Shown here one piece after another: positions 61,951-64,000 of a stretch of 64,000 nt of DNA (positions are counted from its first letter, which is position 1; each line of letters begins with the position of its first letter). The stretch is from positions 22,382,001-22,446,000 of the forward strand of contig NC_086121.1 of NCBI RefSeq assembly GCF_963921235.1. The letters are read 5' to 3'. Source of the stretch: Mobula hypostoma. Lineage: Eukaryota. A model generated the notes under the pieces. It was given only the letters and a program-made list of their open reading frames with translations, did not search any database and was not told the DNA's origin. The position numbers were made by a program, and so were the translations under genes.

Positions 61951-64000
61951 TCGGAACGCTTTCCACCCTACATCAGTAGAACTTAGTCCAGCCGGAACGC
62001 TTTCCACTCTACATCAGTAGAACTTTGTCCAGCCGGAACGCTTTCCACCCTACATCAGTAGAACTTTGTCCAGCCGGAACGCTTTCCACCCTACATCAGT
62101 AGAACTTAGTCCAGCCGGAACGCTTTCCACCCTACATCAGTACAACTTAGTCCAGCCGGAACGCTTTCCACCCTACATCAGTAGAAATTTGTCCAGCCGG
62201 AACGCTTTCCACCCTACATCAGTACAACTTAGTCCAGCCGGAACGCTTTCCACCCTACATCAGTAGAAATTTGTCCAGTCGGAACGCTTTCCACCCTACA
62301 TCAGTAGAACTTTGTCCAGCTGGAATGCTTTCCACCCTACATCAGTACAACTTTGTCCAGATGGAACGCTTTCCACCCTACATCAGTACAACTTTGTCCA
62401 GCCGGAACGCTTTCCACTCTACATCAGTAGAACTTTGTCCATTCGGAACGCTTTCCACCCTACATCAGTAGAACTTTGTCCAGTCGGAACGCTTTCCACC
62501 CTACATCAGTAGAACTTTGTCCAGCCGGAACGCTTTCCACTCTACATCAGTACAACTTTGTCCGGTCGGAACGCTTTCCACCCTACATCAGTAGAACTTT
62601 GTCCAGCTGGAACGCTTTCCACCCTACATCAGTAGAACTTTGTCCAGCTGGAACGCTTTCCACTCTACATCAGTAGAACTTTGTCCAGCTGGAACGTTTT
62701 CCACTCTACATCAGTAGAACTTTGTCCAGCCGGAACGCTTTCCACCCTACATCAGTAGAACTTTGTCCAGCCGGAACGCTTTCCACTCTACATAAGTACA
62801 ACTTTGTCCGGTCGGAACGCTTTCCACCCTACATCAGTAGAACTTTGTCCAGCTGGAACGCTTTCCACCCTACATCAGTAGAACTTTGTCCAGCTGGAAC
62901 GCTTTCCACTCTACATCAGTAGAACTTTGTCCAGCTGGAACGTTTTCCACTCTACATCAGTAGAACTTTGTCCAGCCGGAACGCTTTCCACCCTACATCA
63001 GTAGAACTTTGTCCATTCGGAACGCTTTCCACCCTACATCAGTAGAACTTTGTCCATTCGGAACGCTTTCCACCCTACATCAGTAGAACTTTGTCCATTC
63101 GGAACGCTTTCCACCCTACATCAGTAGAACTTTGTCCATTCGGAACGCTTTCCACCCTACATCAGTAGAACTTTGTCCAGTCGGAACGCTTTCCACTCTA
63201 CATCAGTACAACTTTGTCCAGTCGGAACGCTTTCCACCCTACATCAGTAGAACTTTGTCCAGTCGGAACGCTTTCCACTCTACATCAGTAGAACTTTGTC
63301 CAGCCGGAACGCTTTCCACCCTATATCAGTAGAACTTTGTCCAGTCGGAACGCTTTCCACCCTACATCAGTAGAACTTTGTCCAGCTGGAACGCTTTCCA
63401 CTCTACATCAGTAGAACTTTGTCCAGTCGGAACACTTTCCACCCTACATCAGTAGAACTTTGTCCATTCGGAACGCTTTCCACTCTACATCAGTAGAACT
63501 TTGTCCGGTCGGAACGCTTTCCACTCTACATCAGTAGAACTTTGTCCAGTCGGAACGCTTTCCACCCTACATCAGTAGAACTTTGTCCAGTCGGAACGCT
63601 TTCCACCCTACATCAGTACAACTTTGTCCAGCCGGAACGCTTTCCACTCTACATCAGTAGAACTTTGTCCATTCGGAACGCTTTCCACTCTACATCAGTA
63701 GAACTTTGTCCAGCCGGAACGCTTTCCACCCTACATCAGTAGAACTTTGTCCATTCGGAACGCTTTCCACTCTACATCAGTAGAACTTTGTCCGGTTGGA
63801 ACACTTTCCACTCTACATCAGTAGAACTTTGTCCATTCGGAACGCTTTCCACTCTACATCAGTAGAAATTTGTCCAGTCGGAACACTTTCCACCCTACAT
63901 CAGTACAACTTTGTCCAGTCGGAACGCTTTCCACCCTACATCAGTAGAACTTTGTCCAGCCGGAACGCTTTCCACTCTACCTCAGTAGAACTTTGTCCAG
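61906..64000. repeat. 41-bp tandem satellite (AGCCGGAACGCTTTCCACCCTACATCAGTAGAACTTTGTCC), about 51 units, continuing off the window
   Basis: Head-to-tail units with no spacers; starts of the repeated ORFs are spaced by multiples of 41 (41, 205, 246, 410). Confidence 0.97.

Noticed and set aside
61906-64000. CRISPR-like array, or repeated 66-aa proteins
   Set aside because: Units are contiguous with no unique spacers, there are no cas genes and the context is vertebrate; the ORFs are a by-product of the 41-bp period.

Overview
Vertebrate genomic DNA, not prokaryotic. The repeat content (CR1/HER1-type and Rex1/Babar-type LINEs, V-SINEs, Penelope-like elements) suggests a cartilaginous fish, probably a ray; this is inference. 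Three spliced genes lie on the minus strand: the 5' part of UBE2J2 (three coding exons plus a probable non-coding exon 1 in a CpG island at ~15.1-15.6 kb, running off the left edge), a complete 4-exon MRPL20 (149 aa), and ANKRD65 (three clear coding exons, ~380 aa, plus two candidate upstream micro-exons). Much of the rest is nested transposable elements. Main observations: (1) up to five heavily decayed, co-oriented remnants resembling olfactory-receptor/GPR148-family GPCRs, interleaved with these genes, recognised by eye from motifs and needing HMM confirmation; (2) minimal hammerhead ribozyme motifs in the termini of Penelope-like elements; (3) a 41-bp satellite (>2 kb) and a 12-bp minisatellite that both arise from within LINE copies; (4) a divergent CTCF motif cluster; (5) a predicted splice-created uORF whose stop overlaps the UBE2J2 start codon. 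Exon coordinates were read from splice sites; most TE and pseudogene boundaries are approximate.
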